Positions 35,459-44,879 of a stretch of 64,000 nt of DNA are shown here, in pieces. The stretch is from the NCBI GenBank assembly GCA_945883775.1, contig CAMCYG010000004.1, forward strand, positions 1,844 to 65,843, given 5' to 3'. The notes under the pieces are model-generated. The model saw only the letters and a program-made list of their open reading frames with translations. It searched no databases and was not told the DNA's origin. Position 1 is the first letter of the stretch. Each line of letters opens with the position of its first letter. Position numbers and translations under genes: made by a program. Origin of the DNA: Victivallis vadensis. Its GTDB lineage: Bacteria > Verrucomicrobiota > Kiritimatiellia > UBA8416 > CAMCYG01.

Positions 35459-36679
35459 ATGGCAATATTGTCGAAAAGACTGATTGGTCAGGTATCTGCC
35501 GAATATAGCAGGAGGTTCGGGTTAAAGGCCCGTCTTGTTAATGTCGCCGGCAGGGTCGAATCGCTTGACATTGCTAACCCAATAGTCAGACAGCCAAAAA
35601 GAAAAACAAGCTATGCGTTGCATGAAAGTATTAATCTAGGGGTTCCTTATGTATATACGATCAATGGCTCCATCGCAGTCTGGGTTGTCGGGCTCGAAGA
35701 TTGTAACATTGTGCATGGCGGCCTGATTAGCGGAGAGGTCCGGTTGCAGTCGCCTTCCTCCTATAGTAGAAGTGTTTTGGCCGTCGATAATATTATCAAG
35801 CAGTTTGTCGATGCGGGAATGTCCGGCGAGGATGCTGGTAGGTATGTAGATGGCTTGCCGATATGGAATGACGAGCAGGTGCGGGTGGCTGCGGAAGCTC
35901 TTCAGGATATATTTTATATGATGAGCGGATGGAAACCGGTACTTATCAGAGAGAACAGGCTCAAACATCTGCAGAAGGAACAGTTCAGCAGGGCGATTGA
36001 AGACCAGCGGAAGACTGGTGTGCAGGTTCTGTATAATTTTGAGAAAGAGCGGTTGCTCCTGACAAATATAAAGGCTGGCGATAAGAATGAGGCGCGCCGT
36101 ATGCTCAACGAAATGCTGGCGATGATATACATGTCGAGTCAGCAGATGGCAGTGCTCAGGGCTCGAACTATCGAATTGTTAAGTTACCTTTCGAGGGCCG
36201 CTATTGAGGATAACCCCATGCTGGAGCCGCTTATCGAGAAGAATCATTCATGGATACATAAACTCGTGAAAGCCAAATCATTTGAAGAATTGTCCGAGGT
36301 TCTGCGTTGTGCCCTGGATGAGTTTATCAATGGCATTTACCTGCACGGGGTGAACCGGTCCAGCAAGAAGATACGGGCTGCGCTGGACTATATCAATATC
36401 AGTTACGGTCAGAAGGTGAGCCTGTCGACTACTGCAGCGAAAGTCGGTTTGAGTCCATGGAGATTTGCTCATCTGGTGAAAAGTCACACAGGTAAGACTT
36501 TCTCTCAAACTCTGCAGCAGATACGCATACAGAATGCCCAGAGACTGCTTGATAGGACATCGAAAACCTGCACCGATGTGGCTTACGCATGCGGGTATCA
36601 AGACCAGAGTTATTTCATAAAACATTTTCGCAGGATAACAGGAACCACGCCGGCCAAGTACCGTAAATGCGGCGGTTGA
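35459..36679 (+). CDS. AraC-family transcriptional regulator with ~290-aa N-terminal sensor region
   Basis: C-terminal double HTH (VSLSTTAAKVGLSPWRFAHLVKSHTGKTFSQ...VAYACGYQDQSYFIKHFRRITGTTPAKYR). Divergent from the corrinoid operon. Confidence 0.8.
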   Translation: MAILSKRLIGQVSAEYSRRFGLKARLVNVAGRVESLDIANPIVRQPKRKTSYALHESINLGVPYVYTINGSIAVWVVGLEDCNIVHGGLISGEVRLQSPSSYSRSVLAVDNIIKQFVDAGMSGEDAGRYVDGLPIWNDEQVRVAAEALQDIFYMMSGWKPVLIRENRLKHLQKEQFSRAIEDQRKTGVQVLYNFEKERLLLTNIKAGDKNEARRMLNEMLAMIYMSSQQMAVLRARTIELLSYLSRAAIEDNPMLEPLIEKNHSWIHKLVKAKSFEELSEVLRCALDEFINGIYLHGVNRSSKKIRAALDYINISYGQKVSLSTTAAKVGLSPWRFAHLVKSHTGKTFSQTLQQIRIQNAQRLLDRTSKTCTDVAYACGYQDQSYFIKHFRRITGTTPAKYRKCGG

Positions 36680-36823
36680 TCTATTGTTGTTTTTAAGCGA
36701 AGGAGGGCACTGGCGAGCAGTTCCGCTTCATTCAGAATGTCAGATGTGGCATAACCGTGTAAGCGTCACGCTCCAAATACATTTCGTTAGACATGGGTTT
36801 ATGGCCCTGATATATTCGCCGCG

Positions 36824-37525
36824 ATGAAATTAAGGGATTTAAGAGAGCAGGTGTGGTTGGCCAATATGGAATTGGTCAAGGCTGGGCTCGTAAAGCTGAC
36901 CTGGGGTAATGTGAGCGGAATCGACCGCACCAAGGGACTTGTTGTCATTAAGCCCAGCGGGGTGGAGTATTCCAGGCTGAAACCTGCACAGCTTGTCATC
37001 CTGGATCTTGAGGGTAAAGTTGTAGAGGGCAAGCTGAATCCATCAACCGATACGCCAACGCATCTTGCGCTTTATCTCGGTTTTCATTCCATTGCAGGAG
37101 TGACGCATACTCATAGCGTTAATGCCACTAGTTTTGCTCAGGCCTGCATGCAAATACCGTGTTTTGGGACGACGCACGCAGACTATTTTGCCGGCCATAT
37201 TCCGGTTACGCGAATGCTGACGTCGGAGGAGACTGAGTCTGATTATGAGTTGAATACGGGCAGGGTCATAATTGAATGCATGGGTGAAACAGATCCGATG
37301 CATATGCCAGGCATTATTGTTGCTAAACACGGTGCCTTCACCTGGGGGAAAAGTGCGATGGATTCTGTGAAGAACAGTATCGTATTGGAGAATGTGGCGG
37401 AGATGGCCGGTAATACTATAGCACTGGATCCGGGCGCAAAACCCGTTCCGGCTTATCTGCTTAGAAAACATTATTTGCGCAGACACGGTGAAAACGCTTA
37501 TTACGGGCAGGTGAGAACGGTGTAA
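36824..37525 (+). CDS. araD: L-ribulose-5-phosphate 4-epimerase
   Basis: Collinear with E. coli AraD: LTWGNVSGIDR, VIKPSGVEY, PSTDTPTHLALY, GVTHTHS, GTTHADYF and HYLRRHGENAYYGQ. Confidence 0.9.
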   Translation: MKLRDLREQVWLANMELVKAGLVKLTWGNVSGIDRTKGLVVIKPSGVEYSRLKPAQLVILDLEGKVVEGKLNPSTDTPTHLALYLGFHSIAGVTHTHSVNATSFAQACMQIPCFGTTHADYFAGHIPVTRMLTSEETESDYELNTGRVIIECMGETDPMHMPGIIVAKHGAFTWGKSAMDSVKNSIVLENVAEMAGNTIALDPGAKPVPAYLLRKHYLRRHGENAYYGQVRTV

Positions 37526-37632
37526 TGAGTAAGGTGTAGCGTGCCAGGCTTCAAGAGTTTGCGATGTGAAGTGGGTTATCGGCTCTGCATTCTACTTTCC
37601 ACTTTTTACCTTTAACTTCTTTCTGTTCTGCC

Positions 37633-38658
37633 TCACGGTCTCCATATATACATCAGCCTTGGTGCATCAGGTCGATATATGGATTTAATATCGGGCATGG
37701 GATTTTTTGCTTCTGTCAGCCAATCGAAAAAGTATTCGCGTGTGTTGTACTTGATGATCTTTACCTCGGGCGCACCCAAGAGGTCTTTAATAAGGGCCAG
37801 CGCATCGTCCAGATATCCTATCTGATCTATAAGTCCATTTGTCAGAGCCGCGTCACTATGGAATACGCTTCCGTCGGCAATTGCTTTTAGTTTTGTCTCG
37901 TCGAGTCTCCGGCCTTCTTTCACGATATTGAAGAATTTCTTGTATGAATCATCAATCAGCGCCTGAAGTATTTCAATGTGCTGGGTGTTTACCGGTCTGA
38001 ATGGATTTAGAATATCTTTGTTGTCGCCTGATTTGATGGTTACATCTTCAACTCCAATCTTCCTGCTTAGTCCGGTGAGATTGATTGTCTGCATGATTAC
38101 GCCGATGGACCCTATTATGGAAGTGGGTTCGGCTATTATCTTGTCGCTGGCCATTGCAACATAGAAGCCGCCTGAAGCGGCCATATCTCTGACAAAAGTG
38201 ACAATCGTTCTGTCCTCCCGGCTTTCTTTGAACTTCTTGAGCGCCATGTATATTTCATCGGATGAAGTTACAGTTCCTCCTGGCGAATCCACTTCGAGGA
38301 GTATTCCGGCAATATCCTCATCATTCTGAGCCGCCTTTATCTGTCGCAAAGTGGTTTCGGTCATATCCATTTGTTCACTAAATAAGCCGTCAGTTTTGTC
38401 GCGGCTTATGATTCCGGATATAGGAATTCTGACGACTTTCACATCGCCGCTGCCGTACGACCACTTTTCTGTGAATTGCGGAAATTCATCTTCCGCCTTA
38501 TCGCTCGATATCGAGCTGGCTATGCCTTCTTTCGCCACAAATGCAGTGATAAGCCCGAGATTAAGCAGAAAGCTTATTCCGAGCATGATAGACATTACTA
38601 TAAGGCTAGTTGCCAGGCATCCTTTTGCGAAACCGCTACTGGTGTTGTTTTCTGACAC
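37633..38658 (-). CDS. sppA: signal peptide peptidase SppA (S49, 36K type)
   Basis: N-terminal TM. DSPGGTV, ASGGFYVAMASDKIIAEPTSIIGSIGV. The start overlaps the bioA end by 23 nt. Confidence 0.8.
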   Translation of the reverse strand: MSENNTSSGFAKGCLATSLIVMSIMLGISFLLNLGLITAFVAKEGIASSISSDKAEDEFPQFTEKWSYGSGDVKVVRIPISGIISRDKTDGLFSEQMDMTETTLRQIKAAQNDEDIAGILLEVDSPGGTVTSSDEIYMALKKFKESREDRTIVTFVRDMAASGGFYVAMASDKIIAEPTSIIGSIGVIMQTINLTGLSRKIGVEDVTIKSGDNKDILNPFRPVNTQHIEILQALIDDSYKKFFNIVKEGRRLDETKLKAIADGSVFHSDAALTNGLIDQIGYLDDALALIKDLLGAPEVKIIKYNTREYFFDWLTEAKNPMPDIKSIYRPDAPRLMYIWRP

Positions 38659-39991
38659 GTTTTACTCCTTTGTTTAGAGAAATATTGATTGCATTGACAA
38701 ATACACTGCACAATCTTTTGAGTTCTGTGCAGGATATTACAAGAGGTGGCATTAAGTAAACGACATTACCGAGCGGGCGTATCAGAACGCCTCCATCAAG
38801 CATTCGGCGCCTGATTTCTTGAGATATGATAAGGCCTAATTTTCCCTTGAATTCAACTGCTGCTATCAGGCCGAGCGTTCGCAAGTCAGCAATTGCTGGA
38901 TTTGGCAGAAGTCGGGAGAAAGCATCTCGCATGATCTTTGCCTTTTGTCCGACTGCTTTTGCGAATGACGTTTTGCTGTATATCTTCAGGGCTTCGATTG
39001 CAGCGGCGCATGCAATCGGATTACCTCCGAACGTATGTCCATGGTAGAAGGTTTTATCAACCGGGCTGTCTGTAAATGTGCGAAAGATGCTGTTTTTCGC
39101 GATAACGGCACTTATCGGCAGATACCCGCCAGATAACCCTTTGCCGATACAGGTAATGTCCGGGGCTATACCTGCATGATCAAAAGCAAACATTTTGCCG
39201 GTTCTGAACATTCCCATGGCAATCTCATCGACGATCAGCAATACCTTGTTTCTGCGGCACTCTTGGGCAAGGCTCTTCAGGTATCTGGGCGAATACATTC
39301 GCATTCCGCCAGCGGCCTGACAGAGCGGTTCAATTATGACGGCGGCAGTGGTGCTCGCATGTGCTTTTATGGCATTGCGCATAACGGTAAAGCATTGAAG
39401 TCTACAGGTGTCTGGCTGCAGACCGAAACTGCACTTTCCGCAACAGGGTGATTCAACGCGTCTGACCTTGAAGCAGAGGTCCTTATAGTGTTTATGGAAA
39501 ACCGGAAGAAAGCCTGCTGATATGGCGCCTACCGTGTCGCCATGATACGCTTCACTGAAGGATATGAACCTGTTTTTTTGGGTTTTCCCAACATTGCTCC
39601 AATACTGTACGGCAATCTTCAACGCAGCATCTACTGATGACGAGCCGTCACTGCAAAACAGAACCTTGCTTTGTTTGTCAGGGAATAACCTTGTGATCAT
39701 CCACGCAAGCTCTATTGCAGGTGTATGGGACATGTTGCCCAGTATGCTGTGCTGAAGTTTACTTATCTGTTTCTTGATGGCATTGGTTATTTGTCTATTG
39801 CTGTGTCCAAGATTGCAGCACCACCAGGACGATATCGCATCTACCCATTTCTTGCCGTCAGTATCGAAGAGGTGAATACCCTTTGCCCTATCAATGACGG
39901 GAAACTGTTCCGACTCGATGGCCGTTTTTCGGGTGTATGGGTGCCAGATGGCGGCCAGGTCTTTTTTGCGAAGTGTTGGAGTCTTATTCAT
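38636..39991 (-). CDS. bioA: adenosylmethionine-8-amino-7-oxononanoate aminotransferase
   Basis: IWHPYT, SSWWCCNLGHSN, AYHGDT, DEIAMGMFRTGKMFA. 451 aa, in the bio operon. Confidence 0.9.
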   Translation of the reverse strand: MNKTPTLRKKDLAAIWHPYTRKTAIESEQFPVIDRAKGIHLFDTDGKKWVDAISSWWCCNLGHSNRQITNAIKKQISKLQHSILGNMSHTPAIELAWMITRLFPDKQSKVLFCSDGSSSVDAALKIAVQYWSNVGKTQKNRFISFSEAYHGDTVGAISAGFLPVFHKHYKDLCFKVRRVESPCCGKCSFGLQPDTCRLQCFTVMRNAIKAHASTTAAVIIEPLCQAAGGMRMYSPRYLKSLAQECRRNKVLLIVDEIAMGMFRTGKMFAFDHAGIAPDITCIGKGLSGGYLPISAVIAKNSIFRTFTDSPVDKTFYHGHTFGGNPIACAAAIEALKIYSKTSFAKAVGQKAKIMRDAFSRLLPNPAIADLRTLGLIAAVEFKGKLGLIISQEIRRRMLDGGVLIRPLGNVVYLMPPLVISCTELKRLCSVFVNAINISLNKGVKRVRKQHQ

Positions 39992-40628
39992 GCGGTATGT
40001 GCGAAACGCTTATTACCGTAAGCCCGGTGAGTTCTTCGATTGTTTCAATATTACTAGTGATGATGTATTTCTCTTTAATTGATTCTGGCTGGTTTAAAAT
40101 TATACAGCTGATATGGATCTTTCTACGGCGCAATGCTTCGACTGTTAGAAGGGTGTGGTTGATAGTGCCTAGGCCCGCTCTTGCGACAACAATAGCCGGC
40201 AAGTCCAGCGCTTTGATCAGATCTATCATGCAAAATGATCCGCAGACTGGTACATGTACCCCGCCTGCGCCTTCAACAACCACGACTTCATGATTCTTCT
40301 GAAGGCCATTGAAACATCGTATTATTTTTTTGGGATTGATTCTTGTCCCAGCTCTGATTGCGGCCAGGTGAGGGGAGCAAGCGTCCCGGAATCTATATGG
40401 CGATTGAATGTCAATGTTGCTGTCATCGATGCCGCAATTACTGTTGCAGTGATTGATGTCGGCTGGAACCAGCGCACCGCACTTTACTTTACATCCGGTC
40501 TGGACGGGTTTGAAGGCTATTGCATCTACACCTGATGCACGTAAGGATGCGACTATCATGGCCGTTACATATGTTTTGCCAACTCCGGTGTCTGTGCCTG
40601 TGATAAAGATGCCCTGATTATTATTCAT
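39984..40628 (-). CDS. bioD: dethiobiotin synthase
   Basis: GIFITGTDTGVGKTYVT P-loop. 214 aa. 8-nt overlap with bioA. Confidence 0.9.
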   Translation of the reverse strand: MNNNQGIFITGTDTGVGKTYVTAMIVASLRASGVDAIAFKPVQTGCKVKCGALVPADINHCNSNCGIDDSNIDIQSPYRFRDACSPHLAAIRAGTRINPKKIIRCFNGLQKNHEVVVVEGAGGVHVPVCGSFCMIDLIKALDLPAIVVARAGLGTINHTLLTVEALRRRKIHISCIILNQPESIKEKYIITSNIETIEELTGLTVISVSHIPHE

Positions 40629-40734
40629 ATGGTTTACAATAAATTTGAAATATAGCTGCGAAAGGGAGCAAAATATACAAAAATATTGAGACTGAACAAG
40701 CTATGGATAATTCTGCATGATTCTTATGCGGAAT

Positions 40735-40896
40735 GTAGGGGCGGTGCTAGTCGCCGCCCGCAACGGAAGAAAGACAGGCGTCGATAAACAATGCGCCTAC
40801 GGGAGAAAAAGCTCTGAGTGTTGTTCCTACGGGCGCTGATCAGCAATGCCGCTAAGCCGTTTAAGGAGCACGGGCGTCGACTAGCAACGCCCCTAC
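40735..40896. repeat. cluster of four REP-like units (GTAG head + GC-rich stem-loop), orientation + - - -
   Basis: Unit 1 at 40735-40760: GTAGGGGCGGTGCTAGTCGCCGCCCG. Unit 2 at 40775-40800: CAGGCGTCGATAAACAATGCGCCTAC. Unit 3 at 40830-40856: CGGGCGCTGATCAGCAATGCCGCTAAG (degenerate). Unit 4 at 40871-40896: CGGGCGTCGACTAGCAACGCCCCTAC. Unit 4 is the near-exact reverse complement of unit 1. Confidence 0.8.
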
Positions 40897-40934
40897 GAGA
40901 ATCTGAATACGGACTACTATGGCGATAAATGCTC

Positions 40935-41717
40935 TCACTTAATAGCGGTCAGATAAAGTATTTCGTATGTGGCCGGGATATTGTATCTACCGTATTGACT
41001 ATCCATGTACTGCATTAGGGCTTTTATTTCGAGCGGAGTCAGCAAGGTGCCATTGCCGGATATGCTTCCGCCGGTGACGCCCAGGTTGTGAAGTGAATTC
41101 AAAAGTGAACGCATGTCCTTATAGAGTAAGGTTTCTGTATCCGTCATCGTTTCGATTTTAGAGAAACCGCAGGATTCAATGGCTTTTATGACAGAACGGG
41201 CAGATGGGAGTGATTTTTTCGGGAGCTTGCCGGGTATGACGGCTTTCCTGGCTGAGTGTAGTTCTTTCAGTGTCTCTTTTGTCATCATGCCGAAATATAC
41301 GGCACCGTTCTTTTTCAAATGATTGAATGACTTGGAGAAGGTCTTTCTAATAGGCTGCATCCAGTGCAGTGCAGAACTACTGGCTATTATATCGAAGCGC
41401 GAGGCGCAGGTGTATTCGACTGCATCTGCAATTATCCATTTGATTCTTTTGCAGGATGCGCATTCTTGTTGTGCCTGCATTATCATTTTCTCGGAAATAT
41501 CCACCGCGGTAATGTGCGCTTTCGGGTAAAGCTTTGACAGTTTTCTGGTGAGAAGACCTGTTCCGCAACCGAGTTCAAGTATTTCTAGCGGTTGCTTACC
41601 GGAGTCCTCCATGAGCTTAATGAGCTGTTGGGAAACCTTTTCCTGTATGACCGCTTCTTGGCTATATGTTGTTGCGGCAGCAGAGAAGCGCTGACGTATG
41701 TTTTCGCATTTATTCAT
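40935..41717 (-). CDS. bioC: malonyl-ACP O-methyltransferase
   Basis: RFSAAATTYSQEAVIQ and ILELGCGTGLLT (SAM motif I). 260 aa, in bio operon context. Confidence 0.8.
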   Translation of the reverse strand: MNKCENIRQRFSAAATTYSQEAVIQEKVSQQLIKLMEDSGKQPLEILELGCGTGLLTRKLSKLYPKAHITAVDISEKMIMQAQQECASCKRIKWIIADAVEYTCASRFDIIASSSALHWMQPIRKTFSKSFNHLKKNGAVYFGMMTKETLKELHSARKAVIPGKLPKKSLPSARSVIKAIESCGFSKIETMTDTETLLYKDMRSLLNSLHNLGVTGGSISGNGTLLTPLEIKALMQYMDSQYGRYNIPATYEILYLTAIK

Positions 41718-41810
41718 GTCTGGTCATATAGCCTATAGAATCATGATATTCGACATGACAATAAGAGGCTTTATCTTTCAAATGGTAGCTCCTGTTTCTC
41801 ATGGACCTTA

Positions 41811-42497
41811 TTAAGTTTTATGTGTAAGAAAGCTAGAGATGGCATCGCTTATATTTTCGGCATGCGTCAGCGGTATTGCGTGGCCTGCATCTTCTATGAG
41901 CTGTAGTCGGCTGTTCGGAATGTTTCGGGACAGATATTCAGAGGCTCCGGCTGGCACAATGCGATCTTTATTGCCGTGTATCAACAAGACCGGCATATTC
42001 AGGGATGCAAGGGTGCTCCGAACATCGAATTCGCGCATATATTTCAGCCCGTCCGCAAGTTTCTCCTGACTAGCAGCAAAAGCCCCTTTAAGAAGGTGGT
42101 TGAGAATCGGCGGGCTATAACCTTTCGGCATGAATGACTTTTTGTAAAAAGCCTCAAGAGTCCATCGTGGTTTTTTGTAGATGCCGTCTATCATGGTATC
42201 AAGTCCTTCTCTTAGTGTACCGTGGGCATAGTCGGGTCCGTAGCAAAAACGACCAGTCCCGCTGATAAGGATCAGAGATGCGATCTTTTCTTTCAACTTG
42301 ATTGCGGTTTCCAGGCATGTCATTGCGCCCATAGACCATCCGATAAGCACAACGGGTGATGGTGCAGATGTTATCCGGTCAGCTAATATATCAAGCTCAG
42401 GCGGAGCATAATCGGCTATGGGGCTTGTTAATCTAATGAGGGCGTCAGCAGGGAATGCCCATCCAGACACTGTTATGATTTTTGTATTGTCTTGCAT
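41811..42497 (-). CDS. alpha/beta hydrolase, probable pimeloyl-ACP methyl ester esterase (BioH-like)
   Basis: Nucleophile elbow GWSMGA, with candidate triad Asp (GNKDRIVP) and His (DAGHAIP). Sits between bioF and bioC. Confidence 0.62.
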   Translation of the reverse strand: MQDNTKIITVSGWAFPADALIRLTSPIADYAPPELDILADRITSAPSPVVLIGWSMGAMTCLETAIKLKEKIASLILISGTGRFCYGPDYAHGTLREGLDTMIDGIYKKPRWTLEAFYKKSFMPKGYSPPILNHLLKGAFAASQEKLADGLKYMREFDVRSTLASLNMPVLLIHGNKDRIVPAGASEYLSRNIPNSRLQLIEDAGHAIPLTHAENISDAISSFLTHKT

Positions 42498-42511
42498 TGT
42501 TGATTATCCGT

Positions 42512-43687
42512 TTAGTTCCTTGTTAAAATTCTTTTGCAAATCTTGATGAATGTTGTGGCGACATGGTCGAGCTCGTCATCGGTCAGGTCATTGTGTACGG
42601 AGAACCGTATACGTGCTGTTCCCATGGGCACGGTAGGCGGTCTTATCGCGACAGCTATGATATGCTTTTCTTTCAAGGCTTTTGCGATTGCCAACGCCTT
42701 ATCATTGTCTCCGATGATAACAGGGACGATCTGGCTTAATGATCCGCAGGTGTCAAAATCCGCGTCCTTTATCTTCTCACGGAATCTTTCCGCCTTTGCC
42801 AGCAAGCCGGAGCCCAGGCCTGGATTCTTCATGAGATATTTGATTGCTCCGATGGATGCGCCTATGACAGCTGGGGGCAGGGCCGTAGAGAAAATGAAGG
42901 TTCTTGCGGTGTTGATGATGTATTCACGCATTTCTGTGGAGCAAGCAATGAAACCGCCATAACTACCAAATGACTTGCTCATGGTGCCCATAGAGATGTT
43001 TACCTGACTTTGAAGCCCCAGTTCAGCGACGATGCCGCTGCCATTGGTTCCAAAGACTCCAGTCGAGTGGGCCTCATCTACAAACACCAAGGCATTGAAA
43101 TCATTCGCCGCTTCACAAATTTCCTTAAGTGGGCCAATGTCGCCATCCATGCTGAAGACCGATTCCGTAATGATTATGATATGCCTCGCGCTCCTTATCT
43201 TTGAAAGGCGCCTTTTCAAGTCATTGACATCATTATGGTTGAATCGTTCTAGCAGGGCTCCGCTCTGAGCGATTCCATCAATTATACTGGCATGAATAAG
43301 TTTGTCGGCCAACACAACGTCTTTTTTGTCAGCCAGTGCCGGAATTACACCGGTATTGACAAGGTAGCCGCTTCCAAGAACCAGAGCAGCAGGGTAGCCT
43401 TTGTACTCTGCAATAAGCTTTTCAAGCTCATCATGACACTCTAAAGAGCCGGTAACCAGGCGGGATGCCCCTGCGGCGGAGCCGCGGTTCCTGAGTTCAG
43501 ATTCAGCACTTGCAAGCACTTCGGGATTGGTCGATAGGCCGAGGTAGTCATTGGAGGAGAGGTTGAGATAAGTTTCGCCGTTGATGTTTATGCGGCCGCC
43601 TGCCGAGCTGTATGTGGTCAGTTTTCGGTAAAGCGACTTGTCCGCCAGTGCGTCAAGCTCGTCCTGTATCCATTCTTCAGCTCTCAT
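42512..43687 (-). CDS. bioF: 8-amino-7-oxononanoate synthase
   Basis: NDYLGL, DEAHSTGVFG and TMSKSFGSYGG (PLP Lys). 391 aa. Confidence 0.9.
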   Translation of the reverse strand: MRAEEWIQDELDALADKSLYRKLTTYSSAGGRININGETYLNLSSNDYLGLSTNPEVLASAESELRNRGSAAGASRLVTGSLECHDELEKLIAEYKGYPAALVLGSGYLVNTGVIPALADKKDVVLADKLIHASIIDGIAQSGALLERFNHNDVNDLKRRLSKIRSARHIIIITESVFSMDGDIGPLKEICEAANDFNALVFVDEAHSTGVFGTNGSGIVAELGLQSQVNISMGTMSKSFGSYGGFIACSTEMREYIINTARTFIFSTALPPAVIGASIGAIKYLMKNPGLGSGLLAKAERFREKIKDADFDTCGSLSQIVPVIIGDNDKALAIAKALKEKHIIAVAIRPPTVPMGTARIRFSVHNDLTDDELDHVATTFIKICKRILTRN

Positions 43688-43719
43688 AAAGATAGATCAC
43701 AAATTGAAAATCACAGATT

Positions 43720-44682
43720 TCAGATAAGCTCCAGGTCCTGAAGCATTTGCGTGTCCGTTTTCGGGTCGCGTCCAGCAACGGTAAGCAGGGGGCCCACCAT
43801 CATTCCGGATGCACCGGCCAGGAATATCATGGATTGCAGGTCACGCAGATGCAGTCTGCCGGCGCACACCTTGATCTCTGCCTTTGGATTTGTCATCCTG
43901 AACATCGCTATACTTCGCAGTATATCCAGCGGCTTCATCGGTGCCATATTTCCCAGGCGCGTACCTTTTACCGGAACAAGGAAATTCATCGGGATGGCAT
44001 CGACTTTTATTCTGCTCAAGCTCAGTGCAAATTCCACCCTTTGCTCAAGCGATTCGCCGAGTCCCAGTATTCCGCCGCAGCATAGCTCAAGTCCGGCTTT
44101 CTTTACAGCGACCAGTGTCCGGAATCTTTCGGCGTAAGTGTGAGTTGAGCAGATATTCGGAAAAAAGCTTTTTGCCGTTTCCAAATTGTGGTGAAAGCGT
44201 TTGACTCCGGCTGATTTCAAGAGACGCAGGCCGGTCTCATTTAAGGTGCCGAGTGATGCGCACCAGGTCAGGTTCTTAAGCTTATGAGTCTTTACCGCAT
44301 TGCATACAACCTTGACTCCTTCTGGTGAAAGCGTTTCGCCGCTTGTGACGATGCCGAAGTTGGAAATGGAGTACTTCGCGGCCTCATCATACGCTTTGAT
44401 CATTTCCTTGCTGGATTTGAGGCCGTATATCTCGGTATGCGTCTTGTGTTTTGCTGATTGCGCGCAGAAGGCGCAGTCTTCAGAGCAAGCGCCGCTTCTG
44501 GCATTCATTATAGAGCAAAGATTGAGTTTTTTCCCATACCAGCGATTTTTTACCTCACTGGCGTAATAGAAAAGCTCGTGCAGGTCGTCTTTGGGGTACT
44601 TGAGAATGGTCATAGCGGTCTTTTCTGAGACCGGTTTTCCTGTGCGTACTGCTTTTTCTAGATTTTTTCGTATATCCCTCAT
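43720..44682 (-). CDS. bioB: biotin synthase
   Basis: [11 protein letters not shown] radical SAM motif. 320 aa. First gene of the bio operon. Confidence 0.93.
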   Translation of the reverse strand: MRDIRKNLEKAVRTGKPVSEKTAMTILKYPKDDLHELFYYASEVKNRWYGKKLNLCSIMNARSGACSEDCAFCAQSAKHKTHTEIYGLKSSKEMIKAYDEAAKYSISNFGIVTSGETLSPEGVKVVCNAVKTHKLKNLTWCASLGTLNETGLRLLKSAGVKRFHHNLETAKSFFPNICSTHTYAERFRTLVAVKKAGLELCCGGILGLGESLEQRVEFALSLSRIKVDAIPMNFLVPVKGTRLGNMAPMKPLDILRSIAMFRMTNPKAEIKVCAGRLHLRDLQSMIFLAGASGMMVGPLLTVAGRDPKTDTQMLQDLELI

Positions 44683-44778
44683 AACTTCTCCTTGCAGTAG
44701 GATTTATACATCATGCCGCGTGGTAATGACAATGCGAAACATAATTAGTAGAGGCTCTAACTGCCTTAAGTCCGAAAG

Positions 44779-44834
44779 GGTAGGGCGAACCGTCCACGGT
44801 GAGCCGCTCTTATGGGATTGCACCTAATCACAGA
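44779..44834. repeat. partial copy C of the GTAGGGCGA... repeat with TGTGATT-type tail
   Basis: GGTAGGGCGAACCGTCCACGGTGAGCCGCTCTTATGGGATTGCACCTAATCACAGAT aligns with copy A (23117-23210) apart from indels. Lies upstream of bioB. Confidence 0.55.
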
Positions 44835-44879
44835 TGCGCCCGAGGCGCTGCGAAAGAGTCAATATGCTGCCGCCGTTAT

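Noticed and set aside
36824-37525. Stand-alone araD without araA/araB
   Set aside because: The gene is clearly intact and ordinary. Partner genes are presumably elsewhere, and nothing in the sequence itself is unusual.
38636-38658. 23-nt overlap linking bioA to sppA (protease attached to a biotin operon)
   Set aside because: This is probably just compact operon packing, and I see no functional rationale. The sppA start could also be a downstream Met.
40735-40896. Considered a small CRISPR array
   Set aside because: The units are in mixed orientation and unevenly spaced (14 to 29 nt). They are internally palindromic with GTAG ends, and no cas genes are present. This fits a REP-type cluster instead.
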